Source: Halobacteriovoraceae bacterium
GTDB taxonomy: Bacteria; Bdellovibrionota; Bacteriovoracia; Bacteriovoracales; Bacteriovoracaceae
Reading direction: 5' to 3'
Assembly (NCBI GenBank): GCA_963719505.1
Contig: CAVRCF010000002.1
Location: 352,001-416,000, forward strand
DNA length: 64,000 nt
Positions 39,478 through 49,322 of this stretch are shown here, in pieces. The position numbers were made by a program, and so were the translations under genes. The notes beneath the pieces were generated by a model that saw only the letters and a program-made list of their open reading frames with translations, had not been told where the DNA came from and did no database searches. How positions within the stretch are numbered: the first letter of the stretch is position 1; every line of letters begins with the position of its first letter.

Positions 39478-40791
39478 CTAGAGGGCCTTGGCGATTCCGC
39501 TAGATATATCAAAGCAATTCCACTGTAGTATGTCGTTTTTTTGATTTTGGCAGTAGCAAGCGACTAACTGGTCTTTCTCCACTCTCTCACTTGCTGTAGA
39601 GCAGTTTTTATTTATATAGTTTTGAGACAGCTCAATTCCAGAAGATGGAGACATCGGTCCCGAACAAATAAGTTGTGCTAGATTTTTATTTTTTATCCAC
39701 GTTCCATCAATACAAATTGATTCGTCTCCTTGGCAGTGTTTAACTTCGCCAATATATTCACTGTAGCATGATTCCCCAGAGGAGCGACTGATAGCATTAT
39801 TAGTATCCTCAACTGAACACACGGCTCCAGAATTAGCCGGAGTGATATTATTTAACTGATCACTCATCTGAGCAACTTTACTAATAGGACTGTAGTCTTT
39901 TGTGTAGATACCGTCTTGAAAATCTCCGCTTAGGTACTGATCCATAGAGATAAAGTCAATGCCCAGGCACTTTCCCTTTTCGATCAACTCATCCATGACC
40001 GTCTTTTGAGTATTATATTTTGAAGGAAGAGAGTTTATCTCCCTGGTATCATGAAAAAGAGTCATGAAGTTTTTCACTGAACTTTTGCAAATCGATTTTA
40101 GTTGATCTTGAATATATTTGTCTTTATTAGATTCGCTATAGGTTGAACTGGCATCTTTAGAATCTAAGTTCCAGCCAATATGAGACAAATTAAATTCACT
40201 TGCCACACTCATAGCCGGACTATTGAGGCGATAGTATTTAAGTTTTTCCGCGTAACTCGCTCCTATAATTCTTCTGCCTTGTTCGTCGATCATTGTTTGA
40301 ATTTCTTTTTTACTAGGGGATATTCCTCGACCGTAAGGGAAGCGTAAAAGCGTGTGCTTTTGTTTTTGAAATTTACCATCAGTAAAAGAATTTAAAAGAG
40401 AAACACTTTTACCAATTTGATCACGTCTTTGTTGATCAGAGTAGCCTACTTCAAGAGAATCACCAACGTAGCGAAGATCGTGACAATTATGATCGTGGAC
40501 GTGGCTTGAGAGAGTATGCCCCGAATCTAGCATTGAATTTAAAATAAGTTTTTTTTGTTTAAGGTCACCCTTTTCAAGTTGATGAGTAGAAATAAAAAAA
40601 GTCGCTTTTACGTTTTGTCTTTTTAGTGTTTCGACAATCTTGGGTGTTGTCGTTGTGTTTGGCCCATCATCAAAAGTGAGATGAACTTTTTTATTATCAC
40701 AACTCTTTATCTCAGAGATGTCGTTTTTATAAAGATCGCAGTTTTGAGCTGAAGCGATAGAGAAGGGAATAAGAGCAAGAAGAAAAAACAT
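39478..40791 (-). CDS. Secreted polysaccharide/peptidoglycan deacetylase (NodB/CE4) with Cys-rich C-terminus
   Basis: LTFDDGP, SHVHDH, RFPYG and LFHD. Confidence 0.85.
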   Translation of the reverse strand: MFFLLALIPFSIASAQNCDLYKNDISEIKSCDNKKVHLTFDDGPNTTTTPKIVETLKRQNVKATFFISTHQLEKGDLKQKKLILNSMLDSGHTLSSHVHDHNCHDLRYVGDSLEVGYSDQQRRDQIGKSVSLLNSFTDGKFQKQKHTLLRFPYGRGISPSKKEIQTMIDEQGRRIIGASYAEKLKYYRLNSPAMSVASEFNLSHIGWNLDSKDASSTYSESNKDKYIQDQLKSICKSSVKNFMTLFHDTREINSLPSKYNTQKTVMDELIEKGKCLGIDFISMDQYLSGDFQDGIYTKDYSPISKVAQMSDQLNNITPANSGAVCSVEDTNNAISRSSGESCYSEYIGEVKHCQGDESICIDGTWIKNKNLAQLICSGPMSPSSGIELSQNYINKNCSTASERVEKDQLVACYCQNQKNDILQWNCFDISSGIAKAL

Positions 40792-40851
40792 CTGTTTATT
40801 ATATCAAGGAATTAAAGAGGTTTTCATGTGAGTAGTATTTGCCACTTGTTG

Positions 40852-40886
40852 AAAAAAATAAAGCCGAGGTTTTTACCCCGGCTTTT
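40852..40886 (-). terminator. Rho-independent terminator
   Basis: AAGCCGGGG-loop-CCTCGGCTT followed by a U-rich tail on the minus strand. Confidence 0.75.
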
Positions 40887-40890
40887 GATA

Positions 40891-41838
40891 TTATTGATTT
40901 TGTACTGAGATATAGTCAAATAGGTTGCTATCATCGATATTGATTTCAGAAAATTTTGTTGATCCATAACTTGTTACTAAAGCTCCAATATTATTAGCTT
41001 CTGTTTCAGTATGTCTCATTAAAAGTTTTGTGGCTTTTCTATCATTAGCTATCTTGATACCAACTCCCGCAGATAGTATAGTTGATCTTTTTATAATCAC
41101 TTCTTCAGCGTCATAAACATGGATTCCTTCAGCTGCATTTCCAAGAGTTGAATCTACTATTCTAACCAGTTTTGTATCGTAGATAAAAACCTGTGTTCCA
41201 TCAATCTGTGCATTAGAAAGATCCATATCTTTAATGACAACTTTCTCAGTGGCCTTAAGGTTAAAACCATTCGCAGATCCATCAAAGATGCTATTGTGTT
41301 TTTCAAGAATTCTAATCTTTTTTGCAGAAAGGCTTAGAGCCACTTGTTTTGAATATGAAAAATCTGAATTGATAAATCTTGGAGAATAATCACAGCTTGG
41401 GGCATTGACTCGCGCACCATAAGTATTATGACTGAGATCACTATTTGAAACTCTTAATCTGTCACAAGATTGATCATCTTCAGAATAAAAATCAACTCCC
41501 ATATACATATCAGTAGCGATAACTTTGTTGAGAATCAATTTCTTTACATTATAACCCTCAACCGCTTTGGCCGTTTCGCTTCCTTCTATCTTTACATTTC
41601 TTATTCTAATCGTGTCACCTTCAGCATAGATACCAACTGTCGTGTTTGGAGTGATAATTCTGTGACCATTTCCTTGTAAAATAGCTTCACCTCTCAAAGA
41701 GAGTGCTGAGTACCCTGAGTGAGCTGAACAATCTAGATCTTCAGTCATCTTTACTTCAGTTGTAATAGTGTCTCCGCAGTTAAGTGCGAATGCTGATAGT
41801 GAAATTAAATTAAGTGCCGTGATAGTAAGTAGTTTCAT
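40891..41838 (-). CDS. Secreted right-handed parallel beta-helix protein
   Basis: Signal peptide, CGDTI...DL.C...L.GNGH.I start and repeated G[IV]x[IV] strands. Confidence 0.72.
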   Translation of the reverse strand: MKLLTITALNLISLSAFALNCGDTITTEVKMTEDLDCSAHSGYSALSLRGEAILQGNGHRIITPNTTVGIYAEGDTIRIRNVKIEGSETAKAVEGYNVKKLILNKVIATDMYMGVDFYSEDDQSCDRLRVSNSDLSHNTYGARVNAPSCDYSPRFINSDFSYSKQVALSLSAKKIRILEKHNSIFDGSANGFNLKATEKVVIKDMDLSNAQIDGTQVFIYDTKLVRIVDSTLGNAAEGIHVYDAEEVIIKRSTILSAGVGIKIANDRKATKLLMRHTETEANNIGALVTSYGSTKFSEINIDDSNLFDYISVQNQ

Positions 41839-41889
41839 TTTTTCCCCTCTCTCAAAAGTTAAATTAAATGTCTTTGTTTCTTTAAGAGC

Positions 41890-41905
41890 TGCAAGGAGAG
41901 GGCCA
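41890..41905 (-). promoter_or_regulatory. Putative sigma-54 (-24/-12) promoter
   Basis: TGGCCCTCTCCTTGCA has exact GG-N10-GC spacing, about 50 bp upstream of the 41838 start. Confidence 0.6.
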
Positions 41906-41999
41906 AAAAGGAAGGTGGCTAATTAGTTGAATATTCTTTTATGAAGGAAGAGAAACTGTAAATTTTTTAGGAGCTGTATAGAAACTAGACGATTATGTC

Positions 42000-43749
42000 G
42001 TAACTGCTCAATAAAGTGTTCTTCAAATCTTTAAAAATATTTATTTTGAACTAATCATCAGAAATTGTTTGGCCATCCATCTCTTTTTTGTAAATATATC
42101 TCCATGGCATTTGATGAATTAAAAAACATGGCAATGGGATGGGTAAATACTTGGAATAAAGGCAAACTCAAAAGAAAGTTAAAAGAGACTGCTCAGCGTG
42201 CTGTAGACCTTACTATAGAAAATTCAGAGTTGGAAAAAAAGAATAGTGAACTCATAGATGAAGTTCGTCGTCTCAAAGGTGAAAAAGAAAAACCTAAAAT
42301 AAAGCCAACAAATACTAGTGACCTAAATCCACCTCCGAAGAAAGAACATAAGAAAAAGTCTAAAAAGAAAGATATCGAAGTTGATGAAGAGATTGAAATT
42401 TCTCCAGATAAAAATGAACTCCCTAAAGACGCTAAATTCATCGGTTCTAGAGATGTTGTGGTCCAAGAAATAGTATTTAATCGCAGAAATATAAAATTCT
42501 CTATTAAGAGATATTACTCTGAAAGTCTTAGTAGAGTTATCGAAGGTGAGATACCTTCAGGTTTCAAGGGCCATCAGTTTGGTCCTAAACTTCGGGCCCA
42601 CATTCTTTATTTGAATTACAAATTAAGAGTTCCCCACGAAAAGATTAGAGAAATGCTCTCTGAGCTAAAAATTGATATTAGTGCTGGAACTATAAATTCA
42701 ATTCTAAATAACCTGACTGATGACTTTCAGGTTGATCTGGAATCCGCAAGACATGCAGGACTAAAAAGAGATTCGAAAGTTCATATCGATGATACTGGGG
42801 CGAAAGTTAATGGAGTAAAAGCTTACACATTTGGAGTAAGCCATAAGTACTTTACTAGCTTCACTACGAGTTTTGAAAAGAATCGTTGGGCATCGGTGGG
42901 AGCACTCTTTGGAGGTGAGCAAAGGTTTATTTTCGATAGAGCTGCAATTGATTTTATTGGTAAGAAACTAAAACGTCCCAAGGTTACAGTATTTTTTAAC
43001 CTTCTAGAAAAGAAGATAAGTTTTAGTCGAGAAGAATTAGAGGTCTTTTTTGAAGATTCGACTTTCTCAGATGTAACTAAAAAACAAAAAGATATCGTTA
43101 GAACTGCTGGTGCACTTAGTTATGCGAACTCTAGAGCGAATGGACCACCAATAAGATTTTTAATCTCAGATGAAGGGACAAATTTTAATGGGCTTCATAG
43201 GAACCATCAGCTTTGTTGGGTGCATGAGATTCGTAAATATAAGCTATGTGAGGTTTTCAAAAGAATAGAGAGTGAAACCCTTGAGAAATTGGTTCGTCAG
43301 TGGAGAGCTTTTTATAAGCTCATGAAGAGGTACAGGAATAATCCTGACACCGTTAAGAGAATACAGATTCGATCAGAATTTGAGAGGATCACGTCTTTAA
43401 AAACATTAGTTAAACCACTGGATGCACAGCTTGGAAGAACAAGAAAGAATAGAGATAAACTTTTACTATTTTTGAAATACCCACAACTTCCTCTGGATAA
43501 TAACCTTTGCGAAAGAGACCTTCGAGAACGAGTGATAAAAAGAAAAATCTCACTTCAAAACCGCTCATTGAAAGGAATGAAGTCTTGGGACTTGATGCTT
43601 TCACTGGCCTCAACTTGTAGAAAAATAAATTTGAGTTTTTGGCGATATTTAGAAGATCGAATCTCCCAACGAGAAGAAATTCCATACCTGGGCAAGCTAG
43701 TTCAAGCTATTTAAATCCTATAAATTTAAACACAATATTGAGCAGTTAC
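42000..43749 (+). mobile_element. IS66-family insertion sequence (single ORF, ISBst12-like), 1750 bp
   Basis: TIRs GTAACTGCTCAATA/TATTGAGCAGTTAC. 8-bp target duplication ATTATGTC at 41992-41999 and 43750-43757. Confidence 0.93.
42104..43714 (+). CDS. IS66-family DDE transposase (TnpC-like)
   Basis: N-terminal coiled coil, HIDDTG, LISD, QLCWVHEIRK and DNNLCERDLR. Confidence 0.9.
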   Translation: MAFDELKNMAMGWVNTWNKGKLKRKLKETAQRAVDLTIENSELEKKNSELIDEVRRLKGEKEKPKIKPTNTSDLNPPPKKEHKKKSKKKDIEVDEEIEISPDKNELPKDAKFIGSRDVVVQEIVFNRRNIKFSIKRYYSESLSRVIEGEIPSGFKGHQFGPKLRAHILYLNYKLRVPHEKIREMLSELKIDISAGTINSILNNLTDDFQVDLESARHAGLKRDSKVHIDDTGAKVNGVKAYTFGVSHKYFTSFTTSFEKNRWASVGALFGGEQRFIFDRAAIDFIGKKLKRPKVTVFFNLLEKKISFSREELEVFFEDSTFSDVTKKQKDIVRTAGALSYANSRANGPPIRFLISDEGTNFNGLHRNHQLCWVHEIRKYKLCEVFKRIESETLEKLVRQWRAFYKLMKRYRNNPDTVKRIQIRSEFERITSLKTLVKPLDAQLGRTRKNRDKLLLFLKYPQLPLDNNLCERDLRERVIKRKISLQNRSLKGMKSWDLMLSLASTCRKINLSFWRYLEDRISQREEIPYLGKLVQAI

Positions 43750-43837
43750 ATTATGTCCTATCCTTATTTCTCAGCGATTATGTCCTATTCAATAATATTT
43801 ATGTACCCTGATTCCAATCAGTTATTAGGGGAATTGA

Positions 43838-45001
43838 ATGGGAAAAGTCACTATGTCACAAAAAGAATTGAAGCAGTATCGCCTGGCCATGGATGTTATT
43901 GAAGGTAAGTTAACTATAATTTCCTTCTCTGAACAGATTGGAAAATCGTATCGACAATCTCAGAGAATTATCAATAAAGTTAAGGCCAAGGGTTCGATTG
44001 GTGTCTTACATGGAAACATTAATCGAACTCCTCACAATAAAACTCCATTCGAAGTTGAAGAAAAAATAGTCTCTCTTCTAAAAAATCAATATCGAAACTT
44101 TAATCTAACTCATTTTCGAGAAAAGATAGAAGAGTATGAGGAAATTAAAATCAAAAAAGATGCACTTCACTCAATTGCTAGGAAACATTGCCTTGTAAAA
44201 CATCCTAAACGAAGAGGAAGACGGTGCCATAAACCAAGAGCAAGACTTCCAAAAGAAGGGATGATGATTCAGTTTGATGGAAGTGATCATACTTGGTTCG
44301 GTGATGAAAGAACTGATTTGATTGGAGGAATTGATGATGCTACCGGGATTGTTGTTGGTGCTGAATTTTTCTATGGAGAGACGTCAAATAACTCTCTGAA
44401 GGTGATTAGGGAGATCGTTGATAACTATGGATTGCCAGAAAGTTTCTATATGGACCAAGCAGGTATTTATGGTAAGAAAGAGCGCGAGTGGGAATCACAA
44501 ATTTCGAGAGCATTTGATCAAACAGGAATTCAATTAATCTTAGCAGGTTCTTCTCAAGCAAAGGGAAGAATAGAGAGACTCTGGAGAACATTCCAAGACA
44601 GACTGGTAGCGGAGTTAGAATTTAATCACATAACAAATATTGAAGAAGCCAATTATTACTTAAAAGAGATTTTTATTCCTGCATACAATTTTCAATTCTC
44701 AGTCAAAGCCGAAGAAGAAGAAGAAAAAGCCTGGAGAAAAAATGTTTTTGGAGACCTAGATATTATATTTTGTAAAAAGATTAGGCGAAAAATTATGGTT
44801 GGAAATGTATTTAGTTGGGAGAATGTGACTTGGGTGTTGGATGAAAAAAGGTGTTTCTATGGACGAGAAATCAATATAAATATTCACCTTGATGGAAGCT
44901 ACAGCTTCGATGTGATGGGCAGAAAAGTTCAATGTAAAGTTAGTAATAGGAAAAGATTAAGTGACTATGGTGATAAGTCGAAACACAGAAAAAGCGCTTA
45001 A
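43838..45001 (+). CDS. ISNCY/IS1202-family DDE transposase
   Basis: QFDGSDHTW, IDDAT, FYMD and QAKGRIERLWRTFQDRL. Homologous to, but diverged from, 29980..31125. Confidence 0.92.
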   Translation: MGKVTMSQKELKQYRLAMDVIEGKLTIISFSEQIGKSYRQSQRIINKVKAKGSIGVLHGNINRTPHNKTPFEVEEKIVSLLKNQYRNFNLTHFREKIEEYEEIKIKKDALHSIARKHCLVKHPKRRGRRCHKPRARLPKEGMMIQFDGSDHTWFGDERTDLIGGIDDATGIVVGAEFFYGETSNNSLKVIREIVDNYGLPESFYMDQAGIYGKKEREWESQISRAFDQTGIQLILAGSSQAKGRIERLWRTFQDRLVAELEFNHITNIEEANYYLKEIFIPAYNFQFSVKAEEEEEKAWRKNVFGDLDIIFCKKIRRKIMVGNVFSWENVTWVLDEKRCFYGREININIHLDGSYSFDVMGRKVQCKVSNRKRLSDYGDKSKHRKSA

Positions 45002-45076
45002 AGTCTGATAGGACATAATCGCTCAGAAATTAACCGGACATAATTGCCCAGAAACAACAAATTTTTTAGGAGCTGT

Positions 45077-45922
45077 CTAAAGTTTAGACGATTCTAAGCA
45101 GTTGGGATCTATATCATCTCTTTTTTCAAAGCCGCTTTTATCTTTCTTTAATTGGTGAGAGTTTTCCCAGCTAAGACAGCTTATAGCTTTAGAGCGATCT
45201 GTATCAGATGGGCCTAAATTTCTAGGGACATCTTGGGTTTTAAAGAGGCATGTTTCAAAAATCATCGAGGCAATCTTAGTTGTCTTTGAGGTTTTACCAG
45301 CATGAGTGCCATGTGAGATTAAGTTTTCACTGTATCGACTTCCTGTGGGCATATCGGAAAAGTGAATAATCGGTTTAATGATCTCAGGTGAAAAGAAAAG
45401 GTATTCATCATTATCATCGATTTCAGTAAACAAAAGGGAAATTGTTTCATCTCGCTTAACCTTATATAAACCATGACGATCATTTTGTTCGCTGTATGAT
45501 GCGTAAATTGGATCGTCATCGAAAGAATCAATAACAAGATCTTCATGCCTGAAATTTATTTTTTTACCAAAAAAATCTCTACGAGTTCCCGATTTACGAA
45601 TGGTCTCCGGTTCATCGTCTTTTTGATTTTTTTCATAGATACAGCCTTTTATGTACTGAACGACTGCATACTTCTTTATCACATCTTTGGATGTCACTTC
45701 GTACTTTCCTTCAAGGAAGGTTGTCGCGTAATGAATGGGAGTTGATGAGATGGTGGTATCTGTTTCAAAATCTTTAAAGATTGTTATGGAGAAGCTCTTT
45801 AAATCACATGAGTTCGTGACTGAGCAGTCTTTATTAATAAATGACTTCGTTTCTTGCTCCATCGCTCCAGCAGAAAAAAGGGCGAGAAAGCTTAAAAAGA
45901 TCAGTATAAAGTAATTTGTCAT
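45077..45922 (-). CDS. Secreted hypothetical protein
   Basis: Signal peptide and several Cys (YAVVQYIKGC). Confidence 0.7.
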   Translation of the reverse strand: MTNYFILIFLSFLALFSAGAMEQETKSFINKDCSVTNSCDLKSFSITIFKDFETDTTISSTPIHYATTFLEGKYEVTSKDVIKKYAVVQYIKGCIYEKNQKDDEPETIRKSGTRRDFFGKKINFRHEDLVIDSFDDDPIYASYSEQNDRHGLYKVKRDETISLLFTEIDDNDEYLFFSPEIIKPIIHFSDMPTGSRYSENLISHGTHAGKTSKTTKIASMIFETCLFKTQDVPRNLGPSDTDRSKAISCLSWENSHQLKKDKSGFEKRDDIDPNCLESSKL

Positions 45923-45972
45923 AGTTTATGCTATCAAGAGTTTGAAGAGCGTGTAGTTGGATTGGAAAAATT

Positions 45973-46005
45973 TCAGCCACTGTCAAATATTTAGACAGTG
46001 GCTGA
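45973..46005. terminator. Hairpin downstream of the 46012 gene; contains the TGTC-N9-GACA motif
   Basis: TCAGCCACTGTC-AAATATTTA-GACAGTGGCTGA. Confidence 0.6.
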
Positions 46006-46011
46006 GGGCTT

Positions 46012-46440
46012 TTATCTTAAATAATCAAAAGAGAATCCACCTATATAGTCTATTCCTGATAGGTTTTGCTCTAAAGAATCAGCCAGCGGAAGATGCCCAG
46101 ATCTTTTATAAACATCTCCATAAAATTTAATTTGGTTTGTGCCTTTTAGATAAGTCCCTTTTATGATGATGGTCGATTTAAAAGATTGGAAACTTGTATT
46201 AAAGGCAGCGATAAAAATCGTTTGTCCGTTTTGGTTAAAAGATTTGAATTTTTTCGTTCTCCACTCAAAGTTTGTTCCTGATAGGACAACTTCACCCTGT
46301 CCTCTTGAAGGCACATCGAGGATAACCTGTCTTGTTGTCAGTTCCCCAGAAGGGAGTTTATAGTAAATCTCACCATCGACAGGTGCTGCAAATGAGTTCA
46401 GTGAAAAAGCGTAAGCAAAAAGTAGAATTAATGTTTTCAT
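46012..46440 (-). CDS. Secreted hypothetical protein
   Basis: RBS AAGGAG before MKTLILLFAYAFSLNSFA. Confidence 0.7.
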   Translation of the reverse strand: MKTLILLFAYAFSLNSFAAPVDGEIYYKLPSGELTTRQVILDVPSRGQGEVVLSGTNFEWRTKKFKSFNQNGQTIFIAAFNTSFQSFKSTIIIKGTYLKGTNQIKFYGDVYKRSGHLPLADSLEQNLSGIDYIGGFSFDYLR

Positions 46441-46641
46441 AATGGTCTCCTTGATAAGTTGGTTTAATAATGGAATGGGCATCACAAGTTTTCTATATAA
46501 AATTTCTTTGTTGACTAGATGTCTATTGGCGAGGTGCCCAAAAATCTGAAATTTAGCCATAAACAGCTTAAATGTGTACAGATCTACACTTTTAAAGGGA
46601 TAATTTTTGATAGAATCTGGAAAATTATTAAAGGGGTAAGT

Positions 46642-49312
46642 ATGAAAAGTTTAAATACTTTTAAAAGTAAAAAGAAAATTGAAGTTAGTGGTAAAAGTTA
46701 TCAAATCTTCAGTTTAAAGCAAGCAGAAGAAAATGGTTTAAAAGACATCTCAAAGCTTCCAAAGTCACTTAAAGTCCTCACTGAAAATCTTTTAAGAAAA
46801 GAAGATGAAAAAACGGTAACGAAATCCGATATAACGGCCATGACGAGTTGGCTGGTAGATAAGAAGTCTAAAACAGAAATAAGCTTTTATCCTTCTCGAG
46901 TGATGATGCAAGATTTTACAGGTGTTCCTGCGGTCGTGGATCTAGCGGCAATGAGAGATGCCATGAAGAATCTAGGGGGAGATCCTCAGAAGATTAATCC
47001 TCAAGTTCCCGTTGACCTTGTCATTGATCATTCGGTTATGGTTGATAGCTATGGAGATAAAGATTCATTTCAACAAAATGTCGTTTTAGAATTTGAAAGA
47101 AATAAAGAGCGGTACGAGTTTTTAAAATGGGGACAAAATGCCTTTGAAAACTTTAAAGTTGTTCCTCCTGGCACAGGTATCATTCATCAAGTCAATTTAG
47201 AGTACACAGGTCAAGTTGTTTGGACCAAAGATGAAGACGGGGAGGAACTCGCTTATTGCGACTCCCTTGTTGGTACAGATTCTCATACGACAATGATTAA
47301 CGGTCTTTCTATTCTAGGTTGGGGAGTCGGTGGTATTGAAGCCGAGGCTGCCATGCTTGGGCAAGCTATAACAATGCTTATTCCTGAAGTTGTAGGATTT
47401 AAAATATCGGGAAGACTTACCGAAGGAACAACGGCTACGGATCTGGTTTTAAGAGTTGTCGAAATGTTAAGACAAAAAAATGTTGTCGGAAAATTTGTTG
47501 AATTCTATGGTGACGGCCTTGCCAACTTAAGTCTTGCCGATAGAGCAACGATAGCAAATATGGCCCCAGAGTACGGTGCGACCATGGGATTTTTCCCCAT
47601 CGATGAAGAGACTATTCGTTATTTAAAATTCACCAACAGAGATCCTCAAAGAGTTGCTCTTGTAGAAGCTTATGCAAAAGAGCAAGGCCTTTGGAGAAAT
47701 AATGGAGATGAGCCTACATTTACCGACTAGTTTAGAATTAGACATGGCCACAGTGGAAGCATCAATTGCAGGACCAAAAAGACCTCAGGATAGAGTTCTT
47801 TTAAGTAGTGCCGCTGAAAAATTTAGTCATGATTTAGAAAAAACTTTTAAAGTCAAAGATATGAATGCAAAAGTACAAGTTGAAGGCGAAGACTTCTCAA
47901 TGACTCAAGGTGATGTTGTCATAGCGGCGATTACAAGTTGCACCAACACATCGAATCCAAGTGTTATGATTGGTGCTGGCCTCCTCGCTAAAAAAGCGAG
48001 AAAACTTGGTTTGACAGTTAAGCCTTGGGTTAAAACATCATTAGCTCCAGGATCAAAAGTTGTGACAGACTACCTTGTTGAAAGTGGACTGCAAGAGGAC
48101 TTAGATGCACTGGGCTTTAACTTAGTTGGGTATGGATGTACGACATGTATTGGAAACTCAGGACCTTTACTTCCAAAGTTTTCCCAGGCAATTCAAAAAG
48201 GTGATCTTGTGGTCAACGTCTGTTCTATCGGGAAATAGAAATTTTGAAGGACGAATCTCTCCAGATGTTAAAGCTAACTATCTCGCTTCACCTCCTTTGG
48301 TTGTGGCTTATGCCTTAGCTGGAAGTATGAAAATAGATATTACTAAAGATGCTCTTGGCAAAGACAAAGATGGTAATGATGTTTTTCTAAAAGACGTGTG
48401 GCCAACAGATTTAGAGATAAAAGAGACGGTGGCCAAAGCCTTAACTCCTGAAATGTTTCAAGCTCGTTATTCGAAATGTCTTTGAGGGAACCAAAGAGTG
48501 GCAAGACATAAAGACGAGTAACAGGACAAACTTATCAGTGGAATGAGAAGTCTACTTATATTCAAAACCCTCCATTTTTTGAAGGGATGAAAGCATCAGA
48601 AGAAAAAGTTAATGACATTCACGATGCTAAAGTTGTGGCCATCCTTGCTGACTCGACAACGACAGATCATATTTCGCCTGCTGGAAATATAGCGGCATCC
48701 TCTCCCGCTGGGATGTTTCTAAAAGAAAATGGTGTTGAGCCAAAAGACTTTAACTCTTACGGCTCGAGAAGAGGGAACGATAAAGTCATGACCCGAGGAA
48801 CCTTTGCCAATATTAGAATTAAAAATGAAATGCTCGATGGAGTTGAAGGTGGCTACACTTTATTTGATGGCAAGCAGATGTCTATTTACGATGCAGCGAT
48901 GAAACATAAAGAAAAAGGTAACGACTTAGTTGTTGTTGCTGGTAAAGAATATGGTACCGGCTCTTCGAGAGATTGGGCTGCAAAAGGGACAAGACTTCAG
49001 GGTATTAGTGCCGTCATCGTTGAAAGCTTTGAGAGAATCCATAGATCAAACCTCATTGGTATGGGTGTTCTTCCTTTAGAATTCACTAATGGGCAAAGTA
49101 GGAAAACTCTAAAACTAGATGGATCGGAGAGTTTTAGCATTTCAGGTCTGTCTTCTATGAAGCCTGGGGAGTTAGTCGATTGTAAAATTGAGTTTGCTAA
49201 TGGTAAATCAGAAACGGTAAAACTCAAGTCTAGAATCGATACACAAACGGAACTCGAGTATTATAAAAATGGTGGAATACTTCACTACATGCTTAGAAAC
49301 TTTATTAAGTAA
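46642..49312 (+). CDS. acnA: Aconitate hydratase A with four +1 frameshifts (~47724, ~48215, ~48475, ~48520; likely sequencing errors)
   Basis: [55 protein letters not shown] and [10 protein letters not shown] occur in consecutive frames. Each break is repaired by deleting one duplicated base. Confidence 0.92.
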
Positions 49313-49322
49313 GGATAAAAAA

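Larger units (their letters stand above)
41975..45059 (+). mobile_element. IS1202-family insertion sequence #2 (~1.33 kb net), interrupted by IS66; left boundary 41975 or 41977
   Basis: Direct repeat AATTTTTTAGGAGC(TG) at 41961 and 45060. Right end ...CAACA. The reconstructed left end closely resembles that of IS #1. Confidence 0.9.

Noticed and set aside
29875-45059. Composite transposon bounded by the two IS1202 elements
   Set aside because: Each element has its own matching target duplication and the transposases are diverged, so these are independent insertions.
46642-49312. acnA as a true pseudogene or programmed frameshift
   Set aside because: There are four same-direction single-base duplications, the catalytic motifs are intact, and no slippery-site context or nonsense mutation is present. 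Sequencing error is more parsimonious.
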